Shown: positions 9,383 to 19,402 of the stretch, one piece after another
How the letters are laid out: the number at the start of each line of letters is the position of its first letter
Numbering within the stretch: the first letter of the stretch is position 1
Source of the DNA: Candidatus Atabeyarchaeum deiterrae
GTDB taxonomy: Archaea; Asgardarchaeota; Atabeyarchaeia; Atabeyarchaeales; Atabeyarchaeaceae
Direction of reading: 5' to 3'
Length of the DNA: 64,000 nt
NCBI GenBank assembly: GCA_037310415.1
Contig: CP147780.1
Coordinates: 1,376,001-1,440,000 of the forward strand
Translations under genes and position numbers: made by a program
The notes under the pieces: generated by a model
What the model was told of the DNA's origin: nothing
The model's database searches: none
The model's input: the letters and a program-made list of their open reading frames with translations, nothing else

Positions 9383-9865
9383 TTGAGTGAGATGATCATG
9401 GGAGAGAACATGATCGTTCGCCACATTAGACCGGAAGAATTAGACGCGTTGCTCATGCTATATACTCACCTTCACCGCGAGGACGCCCCACTACCAGAAA
9501 AACCTGAACTAGACGCAATATGGACAGACATTATTTCGAATCCCCTCTTACACTATATTGTCGGAGAGTGGAAGAATGAGATCGTTTGTTCATGCACCCT
9601 CACTATAATCCCTAATCTCACGAGGGGAGCTCGCCCGTATGGGTTGATTGAGAATGTTGTCACAAATGTCAACAATCGCGAGCGATAGTTTGGGACGGCA
9701 GTCCTGAGCTATGCTCTTCAGGTCGCATGGGAGGCGAATTGTTACAAAGTAATGCTCCTTACTGGCTCAAAAGAAGATAGTATGTTCCGATTCCATGAGG
9801 GCGCGGGATTCAGAAGAGGAACAAAAACAGGCTTCATCGCCTATCCTCCGGAAAAGGATGGTTGA
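9383..9865 (+). pseudogene. GNAT N-acetyltransferase interrupted by an in-frame TAG
   Basis: IPNLTRGARPYGLIENVVT..RER*FGTAVL..NCYKVMLLTG..GF. TAG at 9686-9688; the frame continues to TGA at 9865. Confidence 0.8.
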
Positions 9866-9959
9866 AATACACAAGAAGAATGGAGACTGACATTGGCGAT
9901 CAGTACGAATCGGAGAAGAAGCTCATCAAGTTGGTGCTGCGAATCTAGGCAGATTAAAG

Positions 9960-10505
9960 CTAGGTTTTCAACAATCCTTTGCCGTACTCGTACCCCTTTT
10001 CGAAGGCCATCATGTTCAGTTCTTCAGTTCCCTTAGGGATGTTTTCTTTTATTGATTCTTTGATGGCCTTTTTATCCACAATTCTGGTGATGGCAGTGAA
10101 AGCACCTAACATTACGATGTTTGCGACTATTTTGTTTCGAAGTTCCTCGGCGATTTTCGTGGCTGGAACCTGGAAAACCCTGACGTTTTTCAACTCCTTC
10201 CTTGTAGGAATCATGTCAGGGTCTAAAATCATTGTCCCGCCAGCTTTCAGGTCTTCAGCGTAGTCATTGTAAGCATGTTGAGACATTACGACCAGCACAT
10301 CAGGTTCAGTCACTTTCGGGAAATCAATATCCCCTTCTGAAATGACGACTTCAGACTTGCAGGCTCCACCTCTTGACTCAGGGCCATAGGATTGTGTTTG
10401 AACTGCATTCTCTCCTCCGTGAATGCAAGCGCCTGCAGCAGTAATAATCCCAGATTTAATAATACCCTGGCCACCGAACCCCGCAAACCTAATTTCAACT
10501 CGCAT
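9960..10505 (-). CDS. korC: 2-oxoglutarate:ferredoxin oxidoreductase gamma subunit
   Basis: AGFGGQG, QSYGPESRGG. Confidence 0.9.
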   Translation of the reverse strand: MRVEIRFAGFGGQGIIKSGIITAAGACIHGGENAVQTQSYGPESRGGACKSEVVISEGDIDFPKVTEPDVLVVMSQHAYNDYAEDLKAGGTMILDPDMIPTRKELKNVRVFQVPATKIAEELRNKIVANIVMLGAFTAITRIVDKKAIKESIKENIPKGTEELNMMAFEKGYEYGKGLLKT

Positions 10506-10515
10506 GTTACATCAT

Positions 10516-11367
10516 CTACCGTAATACTTTCTCATTGATCCTGGACATCTTCTCATGGAGCAACTTCTCATAACTCGGCTTCTCTATGTCTACGAATTCG
10601 CCTACAGGTATTTTTTCCGATGTTATCTCGGCTTTTGCTGGATCTGAAAAGCTCTCCACAACAGAGACTTTTTTGAACCATTCCATATTCTCTAGACCAG
10701 ATTTCATCTTGTTGTATCGCCCGAAAATCTCAGGGCAAGGCGATATGACTTCGATGAAGCTGAAACCTTCCTTCTGCATCATCTTTTTTATAGATTGTGT
10801 TAATCTTCGCGCATGCAGAGTTGTCCATCTGGCCACATAAACAGCACCTGACGCCGCTGCAAGGTGCATGAGATTGAAGGGCCGTTCTATGTTTCCATAA
10901 TAAGTCGTTGTTGTTTTCGATTCAAGCGGTGTTGTTGGACCAGCCTGTCCACCTGTCATTCCATAGTTGAAGTTGTTCACACAGATCACCTTAATTCCTA
11001 AGTTTCTGCGCGCAGCATGGATGAAGTGATTACCGCCAATTGCAAACAAGTCACCGTCTCCACTTATGACAACAACCTGCAACTCTGAATTAGCCAGTTT
11101 GACTCCTGTCGCAAAAGCTAATGCACGTCCATGCGTAGTGTGGAAAGAATCCATATTTGTGTATCCTGCAGTGCGACCAATGCAACCTATTCCTGATACA
11201 ACGACGATCTTGTCGATGTCCACCTTCAGCTCATCCAAAGCATGAACAAAAGAGTTCAAGACAGTACCATTACCGCATCCCGGGCACCATATGTGAGGCA
11301 TCATTGCTTTTCTCAGATATTTCAGAAAAGGATGTTCAACTGTTTGTTCAATCGTTTGTTCCACCAT
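10516..11367 (-). CDS. korB: 2-oxoglutarate:ferredoxin oxidoreductase beta subunit
   Basis: WCPGCG, GIGC, HGRA, GDGD, NNFNYGMTGGQ. Confidence 0.92.
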   Translation of the reverse strand: MVEQTIEQTVEHPFLKYLRKAMMPHIWCPGCGNGTVLNSFVHALDELKVDIDKIVVVSGIGCIGRTAGYTNMDSFHTTHGRALAFATGVKLANSELQVVVISGDGDLFAIGGNHFIHAARRNLGIKVICVNNFNYGMTGGQAGPTTPLESKTTTTYYGNIERPFNLMHLAAASGAVYVARWTTLHARRLTQSIKKMMQKEGFSFIEVISPCPEIFGRYNKMKSGLENMEWFKKVSVVESFSDPAKAEITSEKIPVGEFVDIEKPSYEKLLHEKMSRINEKVLR

Positions 11368-12527
11368 CAGGAACTCCCCCTTATCGCTTGGAGAATCTCT
11401 GCAGGCGTATGAGGATCTTCACCTAGCTTACCTAGGAATGTCAAGGGAGTCTCTTTTGCGATTCTTTCAACTTCCCTTACAAGCTGTCCACAGTTCATCT
11501 CAGGAACGACTATCGCCTTCACCTGTTGTGCCATTTTGGCAACCTGTTTCTCCGGGAATGGCCACAATGTGATTGGACGGAGAAGACCCGCCTTTATGCC
11601 CTTTTCTCTGGCTTTCCTCACTGCACTCAAAGCGGCTCGAGAGACTATTCCATATGCTACCACGCCGACTTCAGCATCCTCAAGTAGTACTTCGTCAACT
11701 TTTACTATCTTGTCTGCATTTCGTTCTATTTTGTCGCATAGTCTCTTGACTAACTTCGTCTGGACATCAGAACTTGAGGTTCGTGGAAAACCATGTTCGT
11801 CATGAGTGAGACCAGTCGCGTGAAAACGATATCCTTCGCCGAAGCAAGCCATCGGCGGAACTAGGTCATCGCCAGGCATGAAAGGTTCATACTCGTCTGG
11901 CGAAACACTCGGCTTCTTACGATTCACTATCTTTATTCTATCAGGCGAAGGTATCGCAACCTTCTCCCACATATGTGCAACAATCTCGTCTCCCATAAGG
12001 AGTGTAGGCACTCTATAAGTTTCGGAGAGGTTGAAAGCCTCAATCGTCAAGTCGAACATTTCCTGAACAGACGAAGGAGACAGAGCGATAATTCCATAGT
12101 CTCCGTGGGAACCCCACTTTGCTTGCATGACATCCTGCTGTCCTGGCAAGGTGGGTTGTCCAGTGCTCGGTCCCCCACGCATGATGTCCACAACTACGCA
12201 TGGCGCTTCCGTCATTACCGCCAGACCTATGTTTTCCTGCATGAGACTGAATCCTGGTCCCGAGGTGGCGGTCATGGACTTTAGGCCAGAATAAGAGGCG
12301 CCAATGACAGCCGCTAATGACGCGATTTCATCTTCCATCTGAATATAGATTCCACCAAATTCTGGCATTCTCTGTGAGAGATGTTCAGCGATCTCTGTTG
12401 CAGGCGTAATCGGATATCCAGCGAAGAATCTGCAGCCAGCTGCTATTGCGCCCTCAGCGCAAGCAATGTCACCATTCATGAAGTGGGAACCGGTGAGAAA
12501 AGCTCGTTTCTGGCTCATGCTTGACAT
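11367..12527 (-). CDS. korA: 2-oxoglutarate:ferredoxin oxidoreductase alpha subunit
   Basis: YPITPATE, QMEDE, TATSGPG, RGGPSTG. Confidence 0.92.
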   Translation of the reverse strand: MSSMSQKRAFLTGSHFMNGDIACAEGAIAAGCRFFAGYPITPATEIAEHLSQRMPEFGGIYIQMEDEIASLAAVIGASYSGLKSMTATSGPGFSLMQENIGLAVMTEAPCVVVDIMRGGPSTGQPTLPGQQDVMQAKWGSHGDYGIIALSPSSVQEMFDLTIEAFNLSETYRVPTLLMGDEIVAHMWEKVAIPSPDRIKIVNRKKPSVSPDEYEPFMPGDDLVPPMACFGEGYRFHATGLTHDEHGFPRTSSSDVQTKLVKRLCDKIERNADKIVKVDEVLLEDAEVGVVAYGIVSRAALSAVRKAREKGIKAGLLRPITLWPFPEKQVAKMAQQVKAIVVPEMNCGQLVREVERIAKETPLTFLGKLGEDPHTPAEILQAIRGSS

Positions 12528-12799
12528 CCTCCTTTACAGGGTTTCTCAATGACGTAAATCGCAAAATCTGGGCAGATGGATGTGCAGAAGTTGCAGATAA
12601 CACATTTGCTTTCGTCAACGATTTTCGGGGGACGAACACCGCGGGCATTGATATCCTGTGACTCTTCTAGAACCTTCCTGGGGCAGAATTGAATGCAATA
12701 ACTGCAGCCCTTGCATTGATCCCTGATCAAGTGTATCTCCGCCTTTGGAAGCTTCACATTCTTTGCGTCAAGAGGTTGATGTTTGATTCTTTCAGGCAT
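12515..12799 (-). CDS. korD: 2x[4Fe-4S] ferredoxin subunit of the oxidoreductase
   Basis: CKGCSYCIQFCP and CVICNFCTSICP; overlaps korA. Confidence 0.88.
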   Translation of the reverse strand: MPERIKHQPLDAKNVKLPKAEIHLIRDQCKGCSYCIQFCPRKVLEESQDINARGVRPPKIVDESKCVICNFCTSICPDFAIYVIEKPCKGGCQA

Positions 12800-15242
12800 C
12801 GCTAGTTCCCACCTTCAAAGCCTTTCCGAATACCTCTTTGGCTTTTTCTATGTCTTCAGGCGTGACTTTCTGGATGATTGAGTGCAATTCACGAATCTCG
12901 TTGGCGAATCTCTCGCCTTCTGCAGCAGAAGCCCATAGCAACTGTAGTCTTTCCTTGCTCAACCCATTCTGCTCCATTTTCTTCCACAACCGCTCCACGC
13001 GTTTCTGCGTTTGATAGTTGGCATTTATGTAGTGGCAGTCTCCCAGGTGACATCCAGCAACCATCACGGCTGCAGCTCCTCTTGCAAACGCTCTTTCAAC
13101 AAACTTCTGGGCAACACGACCAGAACACATGGTCCGGATTATGCGAACGTCAGGTGGATATTGCATTCTGTTAACACCGGCAAAATCTGCTCCTGCATAC
13201 GAACACCAGTTGCAGCAGAACGCAACAGCTTTCTTTTCTGGTGAATCTTCGGTTGCAGCGTCAATCTGAGATATGATTTGTTCATCAGTGAAGTGGCTCT
13301 GCGTCAACGCGCCGAATGTACACTCAGCTGCACACGTTCCGCATCCACCACAGGCTGCCTCGACAATGTGGATAGTTTTCTTTTCCTTGTCCAGCGTGAT
13401 GGCGTTGTAGGGGCAGACTTTCACGCAGAGTCCACACGCCTTGCATTTCTCAGCATGGTAAATCGGGGTAATAGCTTCAACAGTCACTTTTCCTCGGGAC
13501 ATCAAGATCCCTGCGCGAGCCGCGGCTGCACTCGCTTGAGTTACACTATCCTTGATGTCCTTGGGAGCCTCAGCACAGCCTGCAAAGAATATCCCTCCGG
13601 TGGCAGCGTCCACGGGTCTGAGTTTTGGATGGGCCTCCATAAAGAACCCGTCTTGAGTTCTGGAGAGCGTCAATAAGCGCTGTATTGTCTCGCTGTCTTT
13701 TCTCGCTTCCAATCCTATCGACAAGATCGCTAAGCCTGCGTTTATCCTGTACAAATCCTTCTGCAAGGTATTCTCGCCAATGAGCCAGACGTCGTGAGTA
13801 TTCTTGTCCTCTAGAATCTCAGTTGGGAGCCCTCGGATAAATCTGACTCCTTCTTTCTTGGCCCGTATGTAGAGGTCTTCAAAGCCCTTCCCATAGGCTC
13901 GAATGTCAACATAGAAGACATATATCTCAGTTTCCGGCCAATGCTCCTTTATCAATAGCGAATCCTTTATGGTGTTCATGCAGCAGACATTGCTACAGTA
14001 CTGCTTTCCAATTTTGTTCGAGCGTGAGCCCACACACTGAACGAATGCAACGCGCTTGGGAATCTGGAAATCGCTGGGTCTTAACAACCGCCCGCTAGAT
14101 GGCCCACCCGCATTAATTAACCTCTCAAACTCCAATGAGGTAATCACGTTCGGATACTTGCCATAGCCGTAGTTTGGCAATACGGATGGGTCGAAAACAT
14201 CTGCACCAGTTGCAACTATTATAGTTCCAACATCGAGATCGGCAATTTCGGGCTTCATATCAAGGTCTACAGCCTGTCGCTCGCAGGCCTTGATGCATTT
14301 GTCACAGACTATTACGCCGTCCTTGTTGAGACAATGACTCATGTCGATTAAGTAGGTCGATGGAACTGCTTGTGCAAATGGCGTATAGATTGCGCGTCTT
14401 GTGGCTAGACCAACATCAAACTCGTTGGGGACTACTACGGGGCAAACCTTGATGCATTCACCGCATGCTGAACAATCCTTCTTAACATAACGCGGCTTTC
14501 TCAACACTCTTGCATGGAAGTTGCCGATGTAACCCTTAACTTCAACAACTTCGCTGTTGGTCAACAGCTCGATGTTTGGATGGTGCCCAGCATCAGACAT
14601 CTTGGGCGCGAGAATGCAGATGGAACAGTCCATCGTTGGGAAAGTCTTGTCTATTCTTGCCATCATTCCTCCGATGCTCGGTTCCTTCTCAACAAGATAC
14701 ACTTTGTATCCTGTTTCAGCAAGGTCAAGTGCCGCTTGAATGCCAGCCACACCGGCTCCTATAATTAGTGCTTTGCGAGTTATCGGAACTTCAATCTCTT
14801 CTGCGGGCTGAAGCAAGGCAGCCTTGGCTACAGCCATTCTTACAAGGTCTTTGGCTTTTTCTGTTCCGCCTTCCTTGTCATAGAGGTGAACCCAGCTACA
14901 TTGCTCACGAATGTTAGCCATTTCGAATAGGTATTTATTCAACCCAGCATCTTCACATGCCTTTCTGAAAGTTGGTTCGTGAAGGCGAGGTGAGCACGAC
15001 GCTACCACGACGCGGTCAAGTTTTTGTTCTTTAATGTCCTTTTTTATTATATCTTGACCTTGGTCTGAACATGTGTAGCGGTTATCTTTCGCAAGAACCA
15101 CGTTTGGAAGGCTTGCGGCAAACTTGGCAACTTCTGCGCAGTCGACAGAACCAGCTATATTCAATCCGCAGTGGCAGACATACACTCCAATGCGCACAGC
15201 GTCACTGCCTTGTTTAGCTTCTGATTGCTTCTCTTCTGCCAT
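12792..15242 (-). CDS. hdrA: Heterodisulfide reductase subunit A fused to MvhD
   Basis: IGVYVCHCG, NIREQCSWVH, GAGVAG, KTFPTMDC, EFER, QCVGSR..CSNVCC; C-terminal MvhD motifs FCCNWCSY, MCSGRV, GCHLGDCHY. Confidence 0.93.
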   Translation of the reverse strand: MAEEKQSEAKQGSDAVRIGVYVCHCGLNIAGSVDCAEVAKFAASLPNVVLAKDNRYTCSDQGQDIIKKDIKEQKLDRVVVASCSPRLHEPTFRKACEDAGLNKYLFEMANIREQCSWVHLYDKEGGTEKAKDLVRMAVAKAALLQPAEEIEVPITRKALIIGAGVAGIQAALDLAETGYKVYLVEKEPSIGGMMARIDKTFPTMDCSICILAPKMSDAGHHPNIELLTNSEVVEVKGYIGNFHARVLRKPRYVKKDCSACGECIKVCPVVVPNEFDVGLATRRAIYTPFAQAVPSTYLIDMSHCLNKDGVIVCDKCIKACERQAVDLDMKPEIADLDVGTIIVATGADVFDPSVLPNYGYGKYPNVITSLEFERLINAGGPSSGRLLRPSDFQIPKRVAFVQCVGSRSNKIGKQYCSNVCCMNTIKDSLLIKEHWPETEIYVFYVDIRAYGKGFEDLYIRAKKEGVRFIRGLPTEILEDKNTHDVWLIGENTLQKDLYRINAGLAILSIGLEARKDSETIQRLLTLSRTQDGFFMEAHPKLRPVDAATGGIFFAGCAEAPKDIKDSVTQASAAAARAGILMSRGKVTVEAITPIYHAEKCKACGLCVKVCPYNAITLDKEKKTIHIVEAACGGCGTCAAECTFGALTQSHFTDEQIISQIDAATEDSPEKKAVAFCCNWCSYAGADFAGVNRMQYPPDVRIIRTMCSGRVAQKFVERAFARGAAAVMVAGCHLGDCHYINANYQTQKRVERLWKKMEQNGLSKERLQLLWASAAEGERFANEIRELHSIIQKVTPEDIEKAKEVFGKALKVGTSDA

Positions 15243-15247
15243 AGCTT

Positions 15248-16681
15248 CTAACCTTCCAGAGATGTTAAGTAATTCTCAATTGACTCGGCAGCGTTTTTCC
15301 CAGCTTGGATCGCTTCAATCACCGTAGCCGGACCTGTAACGACATCCCCGCCCGCAAAAACCCCACGAATACTAGTTTCCATTGTGATTGGATCAACTTG
15401 CAAAGTCCCGTCATCATTAACGTCTATCCTTTTAGGTAGAAATGCTAGGTCTGGGGTCTCTCCTATCGCGAGAATAATCATGTCAGATTTTCGTGTGAAA
15501 TCTGAGCCTTCAAGAGGAATTGAAGCTCTTCTCCCAGTTTCGTCAAGTTCACCCAATTGCATGCGGATGCATTCAATAGCAGTGACCCTTCCCTGTTCTC
15601 CGAGTATCTTTCCGGGTGATGTGAGAAACTCGATTTTCACACCTTCTTCTTCAGCCTCTTTGACTTCCCAAGGGATCGCAGGCATTTCATCCCGTGATCT
15701 CCGATAAAGAATGGTCACTTCGTTTGCCCCATGCTTCAAGGCAGTTCTCGCCGCATCGACTGCAATGTTTCCTCCGCCGATTACAACGACGTTTTTTCCG
15801 ATCTCCATTCTTTCTCCAGAGTTAACATTCCATAAGAAGTCAAGGGCGTGAATTACTCCTCCCAAGTCTCCTCCTTCGATTTTCAATCTTGTGCCTCTGT
15901 GAGCTCCAACTCCTATGAATATGGCTTTATAGCCCTTCTTGCTCAAATCCTCAAAACTCAAATCTTTCCCGACTGTTGTTGCAGTCTTGAAGCTCACACC
16001 TAGATCTTTGAGTAACTGGATTTCCTTGGCTAAGACTTGTCTTGGCAGTCGTGTGTCAGGTATGCATTTTGTCAACATACCGCCTGGTTCACGGAGTGAC
16101 TCAAGAACAGTGACGTCGTATCCTTTCAGGCTCAGCTCGTATGCGACCGTTAATCCCGCAGGACCAGATCCCAAGACTGCGACTTTCTGTCTTGAGGAGT
16201 GAGTCTTAGTAGCTTTTCCCGTTTTCAGGTTTTCTTTGCGCATCCTTTCAGCTTTGTCTAAAACAGCTTGTTTGTCCAATCCTGCGCGTTCAGGGTGAAA
16301 ACAAACAGATAGCGCTACAAGTGGCAGAGGAACGGTTTCAACTATCTTGTGAAGTGCATTCTCGAAAGGCTGCATTTGCCCTTGCTTGGCTGCCATTGTA
16401 CGCATGAGCAGAAAAATCTCTGGAAGCTTAAGCGCTTGTGGACAACGTTCATAACATCTATAGCACCAGCCACACAACCAAAGCTCATCAGAGGCCAGAG
16501 CTTTCTCAGGACTAGTAGCAACTCTTTCCAACAATGTTCGGGGATTGTAGTCCTTTCCAAACATTTCCGATATGGAACAACTTGCAGTGCAGATTCCACA
16601 TTCGTAGCAATACCTGAGCTTCTCAGTGCCGAGAATCTCTTCAAGAGTTTTTTTAATGGTTACCTGTTCCTTTGTCTCCAA
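15248..16681 (-). CDS. HdrC-like ferredoxin fused to GltD/NfnB-type NAD(P)-binding flavoprotein
   Basis: N-terminal CYECGICTASC and LWLCGWCYRCYERCP; then GSGPAG (FAD), GGGNIAVD and YRRS (NADP), GGDVVTGPATVIEAI. Confidence 0.85.
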   Translation of the reverse strand: METKEQVTIKKTLEEILGTEKLRYCYECGICTASCSISEMFGKDYNPRTLLERVATSPEKALASDELWLCGWCYRCYERCPQALKLPEIFLLMRTMAAKQGQMQPFENALHKIVETVPLPLVALSVCFHPERAGLDKQAVLDKAERMRKENLKTGKATKTHSSRQKVAVLGSGPAGLTVAYELSLKGYDVTVLESLREPGGMLTKCIPDTRLPRQVLAKEIQLLKDLGVSFKTATTVGKDLSFEDLSKKGYKAIFIGVGAHRGTRLKIEGGDLGGVIHALDFLWNVNSGERMEIGKNVVVIGGGNIAVDAARTALKHGANEVTILYRRSRDEMPAIPWEVKEAEEEGVKIEFLTSPGKILGEQGRVTAIECIRMQLGELDETGRRASIPLEGSDFTRKSDMIILAIGETPDLAFLPKRIDVNDDGTLQVDPITMETSIRGVFAGGDVVTGPATVIEAIQAGKNAAESIENYLTSLEG

Positions 16682-16828
16682 GCTTGAGCCCTCACAGTAA
16701 TAAGACCTGCAGAGATACGAAACTGTACAAGCATAAAAGTTTTTGCGAGTAGCTTATTACTCTTCTTCTCATCGAATTGGTTGTTCACATGAACAGCCAG
16801 TCTGACAAGCTCCATCTTCAGGGCTGAA

Positions 16829-17398
16829 CTATCTGGTTTCATTCGCTACTCTCTTAAAGTCCTCTTCTAAAACACTTCTAAGTTTTGCATCATAGAGCAC
16901 CGCCGCCGGATGATAGAGAGGAAATATGACCCTGTTTGCCATCCTAGCCGGCTGTCCGTGGGCTCTCGAGATTGAAATGTCTTTTCCTAAGAATACTTTC
17001 AAAGCGGTGTTACCCATCAAGCATATCACTTTAGGATCGATCAACCTGATCTGTCTCTCAAGGTAACTGGAGCAGGCAGATATCTCCCCCACTCTCGGAG
17101 GTCTGTTTTTGGGTGGTCGACACTTCACGATGTTCGTTATGTAAACATCCTGTCTACTGAGATTTATTGATGCGAGAAGTTGAGAAAGTAGTTTTCCTGC
17201 GGTCCCAACGAATGGTCTTCCCTGCAAATCCTCTTCTCGCCCTGGAGCTTCCCCAATAAACATCATCTTGGTACTAACATTTCCTTCACCTGGGACGGCG
17301 TTCTTCCTCCCCTCGTGAAGCTCACACTTGGTACATCCTCTGACTTCGCGACTGATCTGCTCAACGAACTTCAGAACCATGTCGCTCAATTTTGACAT
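16829..17398 (-). CDS. udg: Family 4 uracil-DNA glycosylase
   Basis: CxxC Fe-S ligands, GEAPG, PFVG, KCRPP.NR, HPAA. Confidence 0.92.
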   Translation of the reverse strand: MSKLSDMVLKFVEQISREVRGCTKCELHEGRKNAVPGEGNVSTKMMFIGEAPGREEDLQGRPFVGTAGKLLSQLLASINLSRQDVYITNIVKCRPPKNRPPRVGEISACSSYLERQIRLIDPKVICLMGNTALKVFLGKDISISRAHGQPARMANRVIFPLYHPAAVLYDAKLRSVLEEDFKRVANETR

Positions 17399-17454
17399 CC
17401 ACCCTTGAGCAACTCTGTAATTGGTGCCGCTACCTCTGAAACTGCTTGTGAGCG

Positions 17455-18603
17455 TTAAAGCCGAATTCCCACACGACCCAAAGCCCTAGCAAAGAAGCTT
17501 TTTCTGAGCTCATATGCTCCATTAGGACAGACCTCATTACATGTGAAACACCGCAAGCACCTATTGTAGTTCAGCACAGGGTAAGGATTCAGTCTAATAG
17601 CATGAGCAGGGCAGTGGGATGCACATGTCGCACACCTAGTGCAATTCGCCTTGATCAACTTTGGCCTGGTGTAGACGAGACCCATCATCATTCTGAAGAG
17701 ACGGCTTGGCACAATGTCTAGCGGCATTGTCCTGACTTTGTCCCAAGATAGATTGAGTTCTCTTGGGTCCAGCCCTCTGATCTGAATTTCTCTCAGCGCG
17801 CCTTGCCCCAGACCTCTATTCGAAGCCTCAACAGTCGTGAGGATCTCATTCTCTCTGTAGCCAACCAAGCTGGAACATACCGCGTCTAACGCAACGCTAT
17901 CTCTGCTCGCGGCAATAATCCCAGCTTTCCTAATCGTTCCGTAACTTGGTCCATTGCCATCCATTCCGACTACTCCATCCATGACAGCGAGTGAAGGTCT
18001 GATCGCTGAGTATATGTCGACTATGCCTTGGCTGAACGACCTGATCTTGCCAAGTGCATGAAGCTTCATCCTCGTCGCTGTAGGAATAGTTCCAAAAAGA
18101 TTTTTCAAAGCTCCCGTGAATTTGGTCATGTTGTGATTCTTCAACTTTGGTACTGACACGATGAATTGAGAATCAAGAACTGGCTTGGCCACGTAAACCT
18201 CGCTGAGGCGCATCGAACCTTTTGGCGCGAGGATCTTGGCGAAGCCTTCAGCCTCAAAGTTGACCGCCTTGGCTTTTGTCTCCTCTGCAATCTTCTCAAT
18301 CCCTGCAACCTTCAGAGCTTTTCTGGTTTCAACTGGACCGGCTGCTGAAGAGTCTCCAAGAATAACATCTGCACCGGCGTCTTGGAAGTATTCAACTAGC
18401 GCTTTTGCTACTGTCGGGTGGGTTGTAACGGCATCTTCCGGTTTCCTGGCGGCGAGAAGGTTCACCTTAAGGAGGACTCTATCTCCGCCACTGATGTGCA
18501 GACCCTTCTTGCCGCCTATCATGGTGAGCGAGGAGTAGACCGCCTGCTTTACTTCATCATATACGTAACTCGAGCATCCGGTTACGACCACTTCGGTCTT
18601 CAA
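17455..18603 (-). CDS. DUF362 domain protein with C-terminal 2x[4Fe-4S]
   Basis: VLLKVNL, TTHP, PKLKNH, KNLFG, GMDGNGP; CxxCxxCxxxCP twice. Confidence 0.85.
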   Translation of the reverse strand: MKTEVVVTGCSSYVYDEVKQAVYSSLTMIGGKKGLHISGGDRVLLKVNLLAARKPEDAVTTHPTVAKALVEYFQDAGADVILGDSSAAGPVETRKALKVAGIEKIAEETKAKAVNFEAEGFAKILAPKGSMRLSEVYVAKPVLDSQFIVSVPKLKNHNMTKFTGALKNLFGTIPTATRMKLHALGKIRSFSQGIVDIYSAIRPSLAVMDGVVGMDGNGPSYGTIRKAGIIAASRDSVALDAVCSSLVGYRENEILTTVEASNRGLGQGALREIQIRGLDPRELNLSWDKVRTMPLDIVPSRLFRMMMGLVYTRPKLIKANCTRCATCASHCPAHAIRLNPYPVLNYNRCLRCFTCNEVCPNGAYELRKSFFARALGRVGIRL

Positions 18604-18799
18604 TGGGCGAATGCCCTCCGTGCTTTTAATTCAGAGGATAGCTGAGAAGCGAGAAGAGACTACTTTGCATCTTAAAGACTTTCATTATTCCTTGAGGTCA
18701 CTCATTTAAAACCTTTTGTCCGGTAGATTTGATGTCTCATACGGATCATGAGTTCTAGTCTGGCGAGGATCAAGATTAACTGTGGCAATTGTTGTGTCT

Positions 18800-19402
18800 C
18801 TAAAGGATTCCTATGTAAGTCGTCTTGTACACTAAATAACCCATGCCATTCATGGTTACTAAGGATCCCAAGAACACTCCGGCATACCACACTACTATGG
18901 ATGACAAGAGGTCACTTCCTAACGGAATCAAGACAGCCATATATGATCCAACAATGAAAGTTACGACGACGTTCTCAACCAGTATCGCGATTTGAACCCA
19001 TAAGAGCCCTCTTTTCCCTCTGTTGACAAACATCATGCAGACTTTGTAGCCAAGAAACGCGGCCAGAAAGTTAGCGACAGGCCCCCCAATGACATCAAAC
19101 GCGACGGTCGCGCTGGTTGCAAAGCCATAGTAGTTTCCAACGATGCACCCAATGGAAACTCCAAGCACACCAGCATAGCCGAATACAAACGCAAGAGGCA
19201 TAAGGCAATCGGCGATGCGGATCTGTGCGGGACCAAAACCAAAAACCCAGAAGACTATGACCATGGTCGCATACAAAGCTGCCACAATAGATGAAATGGC
19301 AACTCTCACTGCGGGCTTCTCGTATGGCTTTCCAGAAAGGCCAGAGGCACCCGTTTTCTTTGTTTTGAGCAGAATGCTCGAATATCCTCTTCTAAAGTTC
19401 AA
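18800..19402 (-). CDS. queT: QueT-family 7-deazaguanine (queuosine/archaeosine precursor) transporter
   Basis: AALYA..FGFGPAQIRIADCL..GVSIGCIVGN..DVIGG, about 5 TM helices; TTG start 9 nt after GGAGGTGA. Confidence 0.8.
   Translation of the reverse strand: MNFRRGYSSILLKTKKTGASGLSGKPYEKPAVRVAISSIVAALYATMVIVFWVFGFGPAQIRIADCLMPLAFVFGYAGVLGVSIGCIVGNYYGFATSATVAFDVIGGPVANFLAAFLGYKVCMMFVNRGKRGLLWVQIAILVENVVVTFIVGSYMAVLIPLGSDLLSSIVVWYAGVFLGSLVTMNGMGYLVYKTTYIGIL

Noticed and set aside
9686-9688. Genome-wide TAG recoding (pyrrolysine) suggested by in-frame TAGs in the GNAT and tnpA
   Set aside because: TAG ends many genes at their conserved C-termini (e.g. ..PATVELE at 5165, hydA, fpg), no pyl genes are in the window, and the other GNAT is broken by TAA.
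12792-15242. Selenocysteine in HdrA, MvhD or the hydrogenase
   Set aside because: All positions that can be Sec are Cys codons in uninterrupted ORFs.
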